Source: Bispira polyomma (taxonomy: Eukaryota). Taken from it: a stretch of DNA of 64,000 nucleotides. The stretch lies in assembly GCA_965649765.1 (NCBI GenBank), contig OZ287752.1:51088001-51152000 (forward strand), read 5' to 3'. Shown in pieces: positions 1 to 13,965 of this stretch (within the stretch, counting starts at the first letter, position 1; every line of letters begins with the position of its first letter). The notes below the pieces were generated by a model, which saw only the letters and a program-made list of their open reading frames with translations, did not search any database and was not told where the DNA came from. A program made the translations under genes and the position numbers.

Positions 1-260
1 TAGGTATTCTCAAATTTCCACTTACCTCACACGTGAATTGTTTCTAAATATAGTAACTGAAGAATAAACATCCTGGTGTGTTTTTTTGAAAATAGATAAA
101 ATGGAATTAAAAAGTAAATAGAATTATACAAATAGAATTACAGTGAGAGTAATGCGAGTTCTCACTTGTGTGTGTAAGAAATGAAACTTCTCACCTCATT
201 AATACACGGCTCACCATTAGTCGTCAGAACTCACTTCACACAATTCTGCAAACAGCTTTA

Positions 261-597
261 AGGGTCTTACAAACCGCCGACTACACAAAACTAAATTACA
301 GGGGACAACACACCACTGCACGCCAGTTATATTCACACCAACCACGACACAGCACTACACAACATATATAAAATTTAAGGGGGGGGGGGTCAATTTATCA
401 AAAATGCCATTTGTGCACAAACAATATAGAAATGCCCAACAACATGACGTTTTTTACAGATTTCTCCAAGGCCAATTGATATGTCGTGAGGTGTAGTGTA
501 GTGTCGTGCTGGGACCAAACTGAATAATCAATATATGTTGTCTTGTTTATATTTGTATGCAGTGTTGTGTCTTGCAGTCAGCGGTCTGTAAGGCCTT
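261..597. mobile_element. Degenerate MITE (non-autonomous DNA transposon) with terminal inverted repeats
   Basis: Left end agggtcttacaaaccgccgactac matches the reverse complement of the right end gcagtcagcggtctgtaaggcct. Inner arms (cacgacacagcactacac / gtgtagtgtagtgtcgtg) are also complementary. Confidence 0.55.
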
Positions 598-888
598 TTA
601 GTGTGACATTATTTTATGCTTCCTTTCAGATTTTGTTAAGTTGATGAGCTAATCATATAGAAGATAAGGAAGGAGATCAAGCCTATTCAAAACTGTCAAT
701 TTTCCAGAACCCGCAGTATGATGTACACATTTCCATTGAACCAGTGGGAAATGTAAACTCTAATGAACTGATACACACTATCAGAAAATGTGATTAAAAA
801 ATCAATATCACAAGATATTTGTATAGGTATAATATTTAAATGTGTTATCATATTTCATAACTGTGGTATCAGTGTAATATAATTAGAC

Positions 889-1119
889 CTGGCACCGTAT
901 TCACAAAATATTTTAGTCTTAACTTAGTCTTAAAGCCTAACTATATATGTTACACTGTTATACAGTTATTCTTAGTGTTAATAGCAAAGTTAACACCAAG
1001 CAAAGACGTTTTGTTATTGTCACTGGGACTAACACAAAATGTTAACGTTTTTGGCCAAAATTAAAGACCAAAATGTTGAGTCTAAGTTAAAACCAAGACC
1101 TTTTCTAAATATGGCCCAG
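889..1119. mobile_element. MITE, PIF/Harbinger-like family with GGGCCGTATTCACAAAA-type TIR and CWG flanks
   Basis: ctggcaccgtattcacaaaa ... ttttctaaatatggcccag. Same body (ttagtcttaa motifs, gtgttaatagcaaagttaacac) as the copies at 21271-21492, 24696-24890 and 40381-40540. Confidence 0.7.
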
Positions 1120-1456
1120 TTCTATAATAATTAAGATTATATTAACAATATTGCAACCAGAATAAATGGTTTTTATTTCAAAAGGTCACTGATGGGCGAT
1201 ATTCACAAAAGGACCAAGACTTTGTCTTAAATCTAGTATACTTTTGTGCCAGATGTAGGATAGTGTCTAGACTTAGCCTTAATGTTGCTGATGTTTTAAG
1301 TTTATGTTTCAATCTTTTCACATTTGTAAAAATTTAAAACAAGCTATGATTCCTAAGAATATTTTAATATATTTTTTAAGCTTTTTTTTAATGTATCCTA
1401 TATATAAAACAGTCAAAGTTAATGTGTCAACATTGATTGCACATACATTTGTGATA

Positions 1457-2006
1457 CTGGGGCGAGGTTCACAAAAGGCCTCAAGTCTTACACATAATTT
1501 AGGCTTAGACCAGTCCAAGACTTAAGATTTTGTCTTAACTAAGATTTGTCTTAAATTGATATTCACAAAAAAAAACTGGATGTGGTTCACAAAAAGGTCT
1601 AAAGTATTGGCCTTAATTTATGCATAGATCAAAGAATGTATTAAATTGGAACAAGTTACAGTTTTCTGTTCAAAAGGGGTGTAACATTCCTTTGGGGGCT
1701 ATAATGTTTTACGAAATATACATTTTTATTAACGCTGTGAATATACAGAGGGAAATACCAGTTATTTGATAAATGAATAAAATGGTCAATTAATACATAT
1801 TTAAGACTTTTTCCAAAACTTAAGACTACTTTCTAGAGGTCTTAAAGTTACGATAAAACTTAAGTCTTAATTTTTTCTAAGGCCTTTCGTGAATCCCAAT
1901 TTTAGCTAAGTAAAAATGTTGTCTTAAGTCTTAAACAAAAACAAAGACTTGAGACAAACTCTAAGAATTAAGATAAGCTTTAGACCTTTTGTGAATTCCG
2001 CCCCTG
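1457..2006. mobile_element. MITE of the same TIR superfamily (GGGGCG..TTCACAAAAGG)
   Basis: ctggggcgaggttcacaaaagg ... ccttttgtgaattccgcccctg form inverted termini with CTG flanks. Many internal taagac/gtctta motifs. Confidence 0.75.
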
Positions 2007-2377
2007 GTCATTTTCTCTTGAACATTAAATGTGTACATTACAAGCGTATTAGTCTTGTAGAGCAGTACATTGTTTTCCTTTGCTGTAAATCTGTAGGTAC
2101 ATTCACTTCATTCTGAAGTGATGAACATATTGTTTTATTGGATGTACTGTTTTACTCACATAATGTGGATCTGTAATAAACACAATACAACACTGTGTAT
2201 TTTTCATTTATACATCACTGTATTATCAATCTAGCCCCCATGAAATTATTGTTGCATAATGTATACCAGAAGGTCACTCAGTAAGAATAACAATTATCAT
2301 TTGATATAGTGCAGTTATGAACATCACTGTTATCTATTGCACTGTGACATTACTACCCCAGTCTTTGTTCTTCTACT

Positions 2378-2608
2378 TGTTCAGTCTTAGCTCCCTCAGG
2401 GAGCATACTGGCTGTGCTGCCACATTCGGCGCATCAAAGACTAACACCAATGAGCGCCCAGGTACACATTTATACACTTGGGTAGAGACGGACAACTTTG
2501 TGTAAAGTACCTTGTCCAAGGGTACATTTACCAGGCCAGAAGCGAGGATCAAACTGGGATGCTCAGACCTTTGAGATCCAAAGTCTGCGCTCTAACCCCT
2601 TGGCTACA
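2378..2608 (-). mobile_element. tRNA-derived SINE with CORE-like central domain (family A)
   Basis: Minus strand begins gtagccaaggggttagagcg (A-box-like), then a B-box-like gtttgatcc, then cccttggacaaggtactttacac...tctctacccaagtgtataaatg. Second copy at ~11848-12080. Confidence 0.7.
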
Positions 2609-3013
2609 GAGACATACCACGAAATACCATAGGAACACAGTAGAGCATACCTCTGCCCAGGGTCATGAAATTAGGAAAATAAATCCTGAACCAGATCATC
2701 TACTTGGAACTTCTACAAAATTAAGCAGTTTCTTCCTTCATTCCTCTATCAACTTTATTGTAAATTGTTTCAATAGTTTTTGTGTAATTCTGGAGACAAA
2801 CAAACCAATCCACTCTTTGCCATAAGTAACTGGTATATAACCATATATGGGGACTTTGATTTTCCCTGTTACATTTGTTACTACAATATGTTGACATATT
2901 TTACACTATCTTAAAGTAGACCTTCTTCTAATAAAAGCACATCATAGCTGCTGGTAGTATTAATATCTAGGGTTCATACAAAAAAGTCCTCCCGATAGGT
3001 CTAGTTTGAAACT

Positions 3014-3132
3014 ACTGGCGAGGTATTGACCAAAGGGCTAAGCACAGACTTTGCCTTAGATCTAGTATACTTTTTGTGCTAGATTTAGGAAAATGTCTAA
3101 GCTTAGTAGCCATTCAGTGAATACCACCCCTG
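3014..3132. mobile_element. Short MITE, same TIR family
   Basis: ctggcgaggtattgaccaaagg ... gtgaataccacccctgg. Body shared with a partial copy at ~1193-1280. Confidence 0.55.
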
Positions 3133-3344
3133 GCCTTCAGCAGGTCTACTGTCAACTTACTCACTTACATGCTAGGGCCGGAATTTGAACTCTAAGTAAT
3201 AGGTTATATGCCTCAAAGTTGTACCTTCAGGACCATTACTGAAGAAAAATAATGCAGAACCAGGCTATAGGAATTTTAGAGCAAGTTAAAAGCCCCGGTT
3301 TACAAGTGAAAGACATATTAGGTACTGTCTACTTTATATTTAAA

Positions 3345-3522
3345 TTTATTAAAGTTTTATATCACTTTTTGTATGAGTCAGAATTATTGATGGAGGAAAC
3401 CAGTACTGTTTGAACTGGAAACCACCGGCCTACTTACTGCAAGCACCTGGTACTTTGTCCCACAGGTAAGAGGGTGGTGACATTAAAGCAACCATGTACA
3501 ACCACTAAGCAATCGTAGCCCT
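3345..3522 (-). mobile_element. Degenerate tRNA-SINE (family B)
   Basis: ggaggaaaccagtac...gaaaccaccggcc...accactaagcaatcgtagcccc resembles the better preserved copy at 53455-53690. Confidence 0.45.
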
Positions 3523-5792
3523 AATTCTACTGAGTAGACACACAGCGCTGAAATGACCTGGATTAAAACATCCCAGTCACAGCATATTATGATGAGGAAC
3601 AAAAGCCATCATATTAAGTGCAGCTGGATCTATCAGCAGCATTTGACACAAAAAATCTTAAATTCCTGTTGATTGACAATCTGACAGATGCACATGCAGT
3701 TGATGATGGTGTTTATATCAATTTTTATATAAAATCAATCTAATGGTTGCAATTTGGTATTTCATGCCATAAATTTATTAGTCAAATTAAATGTAAATCT
3801 AACCCTTTGCAGGTGCGCTATCTTCCTTAACAGAGTAACTCCAACGGTTGTTACACATAAAATTCAGGGATATAAAAGGGGTCATTGATTCAGCGAGATG
3901 TCACTGTTGATGATGAGGGAAGGTTTTAAACATGGCAGGCTAATCCAAATAGGTTGCTCTTCTAAAAGAGATATCAGAGGGACTGAATCTAATATGTCAA
4001 GTGTAAAGAATTCCAAAAAGAGGGAGACTAATAGCTAAAGAACTTGGTTAAGTACTTGTGAGACTTGTGAATGGTTCTATCAAATTTAAAAACCTGAAGA
4101 AACTTAAGCTGCTAAGTGATTTAATATTCTCTAGTCAGTATTTTGTCATATGTAAGCAAACAATACACAGCTAAGCAAGACCGTACATGTACAGCCAAAC
4201 TGTAATCTGTCTTATATATGCCAAAGTGACGTTGTGTTACAACTCTATTTAAGCGATTTAACCAAGTAATAAAAGGTGATATGTGTTTTGGGTACATGGG
4301 TATAGCCAAACTGCTACATAATTGAATAGATAAGAAACTAGGAAGTTGTAGACCAAAGTCACAAAATATGTCAGAAGAATATTGTCATTTTATGAACATT
4401 GCTGGTTATTATTTTTTTTGAAATACTAGGGTCCATAAAATGACTTCAAGAACAATTGAAACTCAAGGTCAAATTCCAGGTCTACAACTAGAGTGAAGCT
4501 AAGTATAATCTAATTTTATATGTGAATAGATTCAACCATTAAAACCTTAATCAATTAGATGGTTAAAAAGTCTAGTTTGTTTTAATTTACAATGAACATA
4601 GATGAACATAGCATGAAGTTAAGTGGAGTATGAGCCCGTGTTTATATATCAAATGGAATTAGAAACGTTAGAAATAGTTTCTCTTAATCATGCTTTCACA
4701 CAGCTTTTGAAGCTTTTAGTTAACCTAACCACCCAGGGTACAAACAATATTTACTGACGACTCTGACCTGATCAAAGACAACAATATTAAAATAACAGAA
4801 ATAATCATTAACATATTCTGAGGGACTACAGCGCCAGCAAAGAATAATAGCATAACATAGTGAAATAGCTTTACAGTTACCGATTGACAGTATCAAGACT
4901 AATCTCAGGCTAAGCCATAGCATTCCCATTCTGGGACTTAACATCCAGGTCAACTATATAAAGTGTAGTATGGCAGAAAATGTATTGTAATATGGCACCA
5001 AGTCACATTTAGTACACTAACCTTTGTGCATTGTCATACAATGTTAGAATAACTGTGTCTGTTTATCTGACAGATCCCAAACAATAGTTCAGAAAAGGTT
5101 TGTGATGAGCCACATTAATCTCTCTGGCCGTCAATAAGTAGTTATCTAAAGCCTGTAGGTTATAACATGTTAAGGCAGCCTTTAGGTACAATTACATGGT
5201 AATGATTGATTCTTTGGCTTTAACTGTGGTGAACTTTTGTGCTTGTTAAAACACTCCCTCGTGTCTTAATGTACTAGAAGATATTATAGCATAAATTGCT
5301 GATTTTTAGAATTTAATGATTATTTTGAAGGAGGTGACTGACTGACTTTGAGCAGAAAAGTAAGAGATAATTAGAATAAACATGATACATTACATACATT
5401 AAACTGAGTTTACAGATAAGATTCATATGGTTTTCCATTTGTTCCGTTTTAACACTGTCTACAGAAAGATTTATGACTTTAATAAAATAGATCGTCGGAG
5501 GATATCATGAATATGATTTCCCTTCATTGAAAGGTTGGAACTAGTCAAAACATAATTAATTATATGTAATTTAGTTTCATTTTTTTCCACTATAGGTAAT
5601 ATATGTATAATATGAATTACGTGTAAAACTATATTTGAAATGATTATAGAATTTGTTATATTCATCAATCATTTGTAAGCAGATAAAGTCTTATTGTACA
5701 AAGGAGGTTAGATATAAGTGATTATAAATCTTATGCTAAAGTAGTGCTCTCTGTTCTGGTGGATACGATTATATTAATAATATTTAATTTAC

Positions 5793-8700
5793 ATGGAGGA
5801 AGAAAGAATTGAAGGTGAGTTCATATCATTACTATTGGTACAGGTAGTTTAGTACAGTATGAGTTAAAAGTGTTGTGGTAGTACTATGTACTATGTATTG
5901 TAATACTAATAAACAAAAAAAATCTAAATAATTTTAATCCTAAACAAGTAAAAAGCCGAATTTCCTGAAGGCCAGATATTTTATTTTAAATTTTTTTTTA
6001 AAAGAAATATTGCTCAGATTAAAGTCTAAAGTCAAGTCTCAAATTTAAGACAAACTGATTATAAAATCTACTATTTCAGTCAAAGGCTCAAATAAAGTCT
6101 TTAAGTAAAGTCTCAAATTGAAAACAAAGCTGAGACCAACATCTACAGTTTTAGTCAAAGACTCAGATCAAAGTAAAGTCTCAAATTTGAGATAAAGCTA
6201 AGGCCAAAATCAACTGTTTTAGTCAAGGGTTCAGATCAAAGTCTTAACTTAAAGTCTCAAATTTAAGACAAAGCTGAGGCCAAAATTTACTGTTTTAGTA
6301 ATAAAATTAGATAAAGTCTTAAAATAAAGTCTTAAATTGAAGACAATTTTTAGAATGTGTCATTTGTGCAGAGTTCCAGGCGGCCTTCAAACTGTTTGAC
6401 AATGATGGCCGTGGGTATATCACTGTTGACCAGCTCCAGAGTGTGATGGCGTCAATGGGAAAGGTCCCTACCGGTGGGGAGCTGAAACATATGGCCCTTT
6501 GTATGCATAGAGAGGGTGAGTCCATCATCCGGATATCATATCAGTAGGAAATAGTAATAAATGTACTAACTACCATCAGGTATTCTTGGGACCATGTGGT
6601 ATAGACAGGGTTTCATGAAGGACTTGTTCACAGCCAATCTTGTAAACTGATGCAATTAGTATAATAAATATACTAATTACCATCAGGTATTCGTGAGACC
6701 ATATGGTATCCAAAGACATCCACAGGGTTTTATCAAGAAATTTTCATGGTTGACGACCAATCTTGTGAACTGGTGTAATTGGTGTAATAAATATACTAAT
6801 TACCACCAGGTATTCTTGAGACCATATGGTATCAAGGGACATCCACATGGTTTCATCATGGACTTTCTTTCATGGTCCCAAAAAAATCTTATAATTGTAG
6901 TTGTATTTAAAATATTTAGGTGTAATTATAACTGAGAAAAATCTATTTTAAACACTCACAGTGTTAAAAGGGGAACACTTATTACTGTCAGATAGCTTTA
7001 AATCGGGACCTTTAATTAGAACATAGTATAAAAGGCTTAACCTGAGGAAAAGACTGCACTTTGTATTACATATAAAGGTTCAATAAATATTTTTTGTTTA
7101 AGTTGTTTTAAGTCTACACCTCCGTCATTGTAATATTTCCAATCCCATTTATCTGAATTTCCCTGTGTTCATTTAAGGCAATGGTGAGATTGACTTTCCA
7201 ACCTTTGTGTCAATGATGACTGAAAAAATGAGGGAAACTGATGAAGATGTTGAGATCAAGGAAGCATTTACAGGTAAAATTCAGATGCACTAATGACTTA
7301 CTAACAGCCCTCTCCAACTGTTAAACAGGATTTTTGTCAAGAGATTTTCAATAAATACCTAGTCTCCATTTTTATAATTTTATTTTTTAACTGTGATATA
7401 GAAGTGTATTCTATAACTTAATTGCATCATATAAGAAACTGCTGTCAAAACGAACCCTTGGAATTATGAAAAGAAGGTACATAACATGGAACTCTTTAAG
7501 TAATAAGAGCAATTAATTTTTGTCGCATTCAAATTTATATAAATATTATAACATGTCTTTGGTAACTAGTTTTGTACCAAATGTACCAACAAACTGTTCT
7601 TACATGAGTTGATCACTCTACAAAAAATACACAAATAATTATAATGTATTACAATATTCGTATTCACATTTATCTACCTTTATCTTGTATTCAAAATACC
7701 AATTAAGTTTTTTTAACTGCCCCAGTACAGCCAACCACCAGCAGTAACTGTCATTCCTCTAACTGAAAGCTTAGAAGGCTGAGGCTTGAGGGTGAACTTT
7801 TATCAACATCCCTCAATGTTCTTTAGCCTGCCACTGGTGATAAGATGCAATCATGTTGCTATTCTTGTGTTGTGTATTACTTTGTGAGCCATACCCTTTA
7901 TTTTATTTAGGAAGACGTTAAAACCTTCTGAAGCTTGAATATGGTTAACTTTTCTCATAAGTTGACTCATTCAAATGAACTATTTCTGACAATATGTATT
8001 GAGAATTGTGCCATTTCTAGATTTGTTATGGGCTGAGGCATGTTCCTTAAAATGCTATAGGATCCAATGATGGCGAACGACCAGTTGGTCATATGTCAGT
8101 AACTAGTTACCCGAGACAGGGTACGAACCCAGGTCCTCTGTGTTTCTATGTGAGAGTGTTTAGCCACTTGGTCATTGTGGCAAATTATTGCTGGTCATAC
8201 AGAAAGTGTGTTTGTGTATTTCCCCCCAGTTTTTGATGAGGATGGTGATGGTTACATCAGTGTGTCTGAACTACAGAGTGTGATGAAGTTCATAGGGGAG
8301 ACACTGACAGATGATGAAGTTAGGGCCATGTTGTACGAGGCAGACATCAATGGTGATGGACAGATAAGTTATGACGGTAAGTCAACTTGGTATATATACG
8401 TTTATCTAAAGCATGTTTCAAGGGAATTCATAGAGTTTAATATAAAATAACAAGAAGGGCACTTATGTGGAGTGTGGAGTGGTGGCAGACAAATTAACGC
8501 CTGTATACCAATCGGCACACCTACCTTGCAAAGGATTTGCGAATATTGATTTTAACAATGAACTAAACACAAACAATTAAATCAATGATTCTATATTTAT
8601 GTTTTAATAACCAAAAATCTGTTTGAAACAGCTGTTCTTACAAGGATATATTCATTCTATTTAATCTGAGTGTGCGTCTTTTGGTAGCATTTGTGTTAAA

Positions 8701-9089
8701 TTGCTACCACTACCTCCGTTAAGGCGCCACCGTACCAAAAAACGAAAAATTAATTCCTATATTGGCCCTCTTGCTTACAACCAATCCATGAAGGCCTTAC
8801 ATATTATTTCTTAGAATGAAAAGAGTATCGGGTTGTGCCTGATAAAAAGGCAGCAAGTAAATATAAGTAGCGAGTAGGAGGGTGTTATATGGCAATTAGG
8901 TACACACTTCCTGTCACAGTATTAATTGTCAACAATGCAAAAGTCTCAGTTATATTGTGAAATTCTCAGGATCATTTCTCCATATATACATCTGTAGATT
9001 TTCAGCATCTAAACGAAGACAGAACTAATTTCATTGATTTATGTTTGTGCCTTTTAGAATTCCTTGGTATGATGATGCAGCGCAAGTAA
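5793..9089 (+). CDS. Calmodulin-like EF-hand protein G1 (146 aa, 5 coding exons)
   Basis: Exons 5793-5814, 6372-6515, 7178-7273, 8230-8376, 9058-9089; all introns GT-AG, phase 1. Translation: [146 protein letters not shown]. In-frame TAA at 5778 precedes the ATG; TATAAA at ~5723; AATAAA at ~9323. Confidence 0.92.
6010..6345. repeat. Tandem repeat, ~65-73 bp unit, ~5 copies, in G1 intron 1
   Basis: Recurring aaagtctcaaatttaagacaaagctgag(a/g)ccaaaatctactgttttagtcaaag. Confidence 0.75.
6560..6890. repeat. Tandem repeat, ~105-120 bp unit, ~3 copies, in G1 intron 2
   Basis: tactaattaccatcaggtattc(t/g)tgagaccatatggtatc recurs at ~6565, ~6671 and ~6794. Confidence 0.75.
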
Positions 9090-11847
9090 CGCCTGCAGCG
9101 GAAGTGACATCACTAGTGTCAGAAGTGACGTCAGAAGTCTCTACCTTACTACACTACCTATGAAGTTTTCTTTTCCCTGTGGACATGCCTTTAGTTTTAT
9201 TACACATGTATAGTAATTCCATATCTAATTAGCTATGTGTACATAGGCTTCATAACTTGTGGCACAGTCCCATATATATTGTCAGATTTGTTTCTGTATT
9301 GTGTTTACTGAATTGTATCTAAAATAAACTATAAACAATGTGTCTTTTTTTAAGTCTGATCTAGGTACAGTTTAATATTTATTTTTGTTGTACATTTGAT
9401 TATAAATGCACATTTCACCTATAATAAATAAATTTCTATCTAAGATATTTTAAAAACCGATACACTACTTACTTTAATCTGATTATGCACACTATCTCTG
9501 ACAATGGTAAGGGCATAATTGGACAATTGATTAGCATATTCTAGGTACTCTCATTGCATGTTTAACTGTACAAAAAAATAAAACCCTGCCAGAGCTTACA
9601 TTCATTTCACAGGAACCAATTTGTGACAGAAAATTCCATTTTAATGCAAATAAGTGATATAAATTATAGTAGTCTGGCCTATACTTGGGAATATTTTTAC
9701 TCATGAAAAGTCTTACACTTAACCAGGCCCTAGCCCCAGTTTTCAAATCTAGCACTTTTGTCTCAGCAAAGTTTCAGATTTAAAAGTTATTTACAAATAG
9801 TACCTTAGGTAAGATAAATGTCGTAGATTTAAGATATGGCTGGGACAAAAGTGGTTTCCCGCATTACACGACTATTTTGTGCATTAAACTTTCACTTTAC
9901 TTTTACTAAATGCTACTGAAAATACTTCCAACTTGAATTACGTATGTGGGACATTGGCAATGGCATGTCAGGTAAATGGAAAATAGGAGATAAATGAAAT
10001 ACTTGCAAATTACTCTACTAACGTATTTTCTTTGCAATGAAGTTGCCAGAGAAAAAACCCACATGCCAATTTGATGAATTTTGCTTGTGACAACTGTTCG
10101 ATCATATTATAACAATATTTGTCATTATTCGTCTGATTTTGACTACATTGTTGGCATTTTGACTTCGTGATATCCTTGAGTATTTATTGTAACATTATTA
10201 GGCTAATCCAGAACTGTACTGAGACAACCACTTTGGTGAGTCATGTGCAACCTCACTGAGAATTAGCAGAAGTCCAGCAAACACGCGAAGAAAATAAACA
10301 TTTGATAAGAATAATATTGTTTAGTGAGATATTGACAAAACATTTTCTGTTGAAGTTGTTGCATTTTTTTTATCACAGTCTCACCCATACACGTCAAACT
10401 TATTGTCATGAATTGCTGTAAATAAAAATACCATTGTTTTGAAAATTCATCAGTAACCCTGTACGACATAAAGAGTCCAAGAAGAGATGAACAAGATACA
10501 GGCAAATTCAGTAATACAATACAGCAATGTCCCAGTTAGTCAAGTCAATATAGTGATTGACCTAGGAATAATTGCATACATTTACTTAACGGTTCAATAA
10601 AACATATTAAAGATATAGGAAAATAGAATGGATAGAAATCTACATGTTTGTACATGTTTTAAAAAGGCTCATATGTGTACACAATGTACGACTGGTAATT
10701 GTGTAACTAAGCACAGCTGGTGAGAGCAAGAGAAGAAGAGGGGGTAAGCCACATGCAGGGTAAATGAGGGGGGGGGGAGTTTAAAGAGAAAGCAGGGTAA
10801 CAGGTGGAGTAATATAGAGGAGGGTAAATGGGGGGTGAAAGGAAAAGGAGATAGATAAGATAAAGGGTCAAGAAATGGGGTAAGAGATTGATGGGATGGA
10901 GGGGGTTGGATTAGGCAGCTTATTTCACCAGCTTCCTTACCCTTTCACCTTCACCCTTCCTTACCAAAGTAATGCATACATTTGAAGTTGAGAAACTGTT
11001 TAAATAATATGCCACATTAGTTAACTTATGGTTGTTAATGTATGAATAATTTCGTTGTTTTGTGCTTTGAATAATTATTTTAAATTCTTGCATTCATTTT
11101 CTCCTGTTGTGTCTTCGCAGAAAATCAGCTAAAGTAACCAAATAAAAAAAATACAGTATAGTTTTAAGCATCATGGGAAAAAAGTAGGAACACAGTATGA
11201 ACCTGTAATTGCTTCCTTAAATGGTTGATTTGATGTATGTCGATGTTAAAATGACACCTAACTCTTTTAAAAAAATTAAAATACATGTATTGGGTTGCCT
11301 TAGTCTAAAATCACATGGAACGTAAATTATTCATACCGTAGCCCCCATAACCACCATTCCCTCTCCTGACCTTACCTAAATTTATTAAACTAAGTGAATT
11401 CACCTGGATTTCAGTTTGCAACACAAAATTTTAACGTGTTCACAATCTGTGGCGCCTATGTTGAGACCATGTTTAGGCATATGGCCATCTCATAACACCT
11501 TCTCAAGACAAAAATGAGACCTTGGTCGGGTTTGACACAAATCCTATTCATGACAAATTGCAAATGTTTTTTGTTTTTTTTTGTAAAAGTGGAATGGGGT
11601 CTTTAGCAGTAATCACTATGTAATCACTATGTAATCACTATGTAATAATTTAAAAAAAAAAACAGAAAAAAATACGCGGTTTATAGATTTAATCTACTTA
11701 TTGGTAGAAAATGCATTAATATGTGTGTGCACACATATACTAATTATCACACATGATAATAATAATTATCACCTGATATGAACATCACTATTATCTAATG
11801 CACTTCAACATTATTACCCCGGCCTAGGTTCATTGACTTGATAACCA

Positions 11848-12080
11848 ATTGTTCACTTTCATCTCCCTAAGAGACCATCCTAGCCATGCTGCCACACATA
11901 TGGCGCAAAGACTAACCCTACTAGCATTTAAGTACCCATTTTTACACCAGGGTATAGAGAGACAACTTGGTGTAAAGTACCTTGTCCAAGGGTACAATCA
12001 CCAGGCCAGCAGAGAGGATTAAACCTGGACTCCCTGATCCGTCAGATCAAAAGTCTAACAGTTTAACCATTAGACCACAT
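11848..12080 (-). mobile_element. tRNA-derived SINE (family A, second copy)
   Basis: Shares tgtaaagtaccttgtccaagggtaca...ccaggccag and gctgccaca...ggcgca...aagactaac with 2378-2608. Confidence 0.7.
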
Positions 12081-13785
12081 TCTTTGCTATTTAGACAATC
12101 TGTATAATGGCAGATTATCATTCCAGTCAGAATATGGTCAAAGCTTGTTGTATTTTTTTTTTTTTTTTTTTTGCAAAATGCCAGGCGGCCACATGCATCA
12201 TACCAAATAGCTTATTTTACAGATTTAATTTAACTTGTGCATGTATTTTTGTTGATGCCACATGTATCTCTGACTATAGCCTTCATGTCAAACAGCCCAT
12301 ATAAAGTGGGCCCAAAACTCTGTGATCAATTTACAGACAGGCTTATAAAGGACATGTTATTTCTATTACAACAATTTAAAACAAACCCACCCAACCATAT
12401 ACACCACCATGTGCACCTCTTTGTCTTCTGGTGACAAACCTAAATACCTCCTCTTTACACCTATTATATGTCACAAAGCTAAAGAAAGTTTACAGTGTAC
12501 AAACATATCATTCACTGGTGATGACGTCAATTCTAAATCCCCTTTTTATTGCAATATACCAATAAACTAAAACCTAGTATTACCACCTCTCTGGAATATC
12601 TGCCACCTGTACTCCAGAAAAAGGCTATCTATTAATGTTGACTCTTCACACAGTGTTTTTTTTTTTCAAAAACAAATAGAAAAATACACGATTCTCAGCT
12701 TTAACATACTTACTGGTCAAAAGTGTAGTAAATGTGTGTATGTGCATATGTTCAGTCTGAAAAGCTTATAAAGGGCACTTTCACGTGGTAACCTAATTAA
12801 AGTTAATTCATTTTTTATTCTGAAAAGGGCGCCGCCATTTTCGAAATACGTTTACGAAATAATACATAAGGCTTTCATGGATTGGTTGGAACCTATTGAC
12901 CCATCTGAACTGAGGGGTGACAGATTAATATTTGTAGTGGTGCCAAGCGGGGCATGAGTATATAGTGGCTATATCAACGTTAGTGTATTTCACACTGTGT
13001 GGCTGTATCTATTTTAAAAGATAACTCTTGTTTTATCCATCAGCACATACGTGTAAGATTAAAACCACATCGGCCATATATCTCAGAGTTGGTAACTTCC
13101 TCAATCATGTGGTAATAAACAGCCATAAGCTATGACGTTGTTGTCTTGTCCAAAGAGATATTGTATCTCTGCTAGATAGATTTATATTTTAGCTGTTGTC
13201 CAAACTGAGCAGGGTCAGATTTATAGTTATCAGGTGCAACCTGCCTGAGTATATAGTGGATATGTTAACGTTAGTGTTTTTCTGACTCAGCGCTTGTGTC
13301 TTTTTTCAAAAGGCAACTCCCCCAACACTAAGGATATCTAAATTGAACCCTTCAAGTTAAAATATGCATTTTTCAACATTTTCATTTTAAACTATATGTG
13401 TAGTTAGAGCTTGCCGTACATTACTGTATGGTAAAGTCATTTTGTTGTGCTTTGGAGTCTCAAACTACTAACCCCTGTTCTAAAATTGGAGAGTTTACGG
13501 TATTATATGTATTGGCTTCTATATGAGCAGGGAAAAGAAGAAATCCCTCAATTTGGGTGTCTGCCCAATTGAGCAATTCATTAGGAGAAGAATATATGTA
13601 TTTAAGGCTTTCGAGTCTTTAGATCACTTATATTTGGCCTGTAGATACGGGGGAGGGGGGGGGGCAGAGGGGGGGTGGGGGGGTGGGCACTTTCTTGTAG
13701 TAACTTAATCCCTATCCAATTGGGAATTACTGGCTAGGTTTGGATATTGACTGATTTGATCATTATATTATTATATATGTGTGTT

Positions 13786-13965
13786 GATATCAGAGGTTGG
13801 ATGTAACTCTGTTTTTTGACCATATATGTACAAGTGTTTGGTGACATATAAAATTTGTAAACTAAAATAAATGGATATCAGAGATTGAATGTAACTCTTG
13901 TTTTTTTTACCACATATATATACACAAGTGTTTGGTGACACATAAAATTTGTAAACTAAAATATG
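13786..13965. repeat. Two-copy ~88-bp tandem duplication ending at the putative G2 ATG/donor
   Basis: gatatcagag...atgtaactct...caagtgtttggtgaca(t/c)ataaaatttgtaaactaaaata occurs twice. Confidence 0.75.

Noticed and set aside
3618-3652. QLDLSAAFDT LINE RT motif
   Set aside because: Too short and isolated to delimit as a feature.
168-5668. Short ORFs in the ORF track outside the identified exons and TEs (here and throughout the window)
   Set aside because: Low-complexity translations of AT-rich DNA or antisense shadows of real exons, with no protein motifs.
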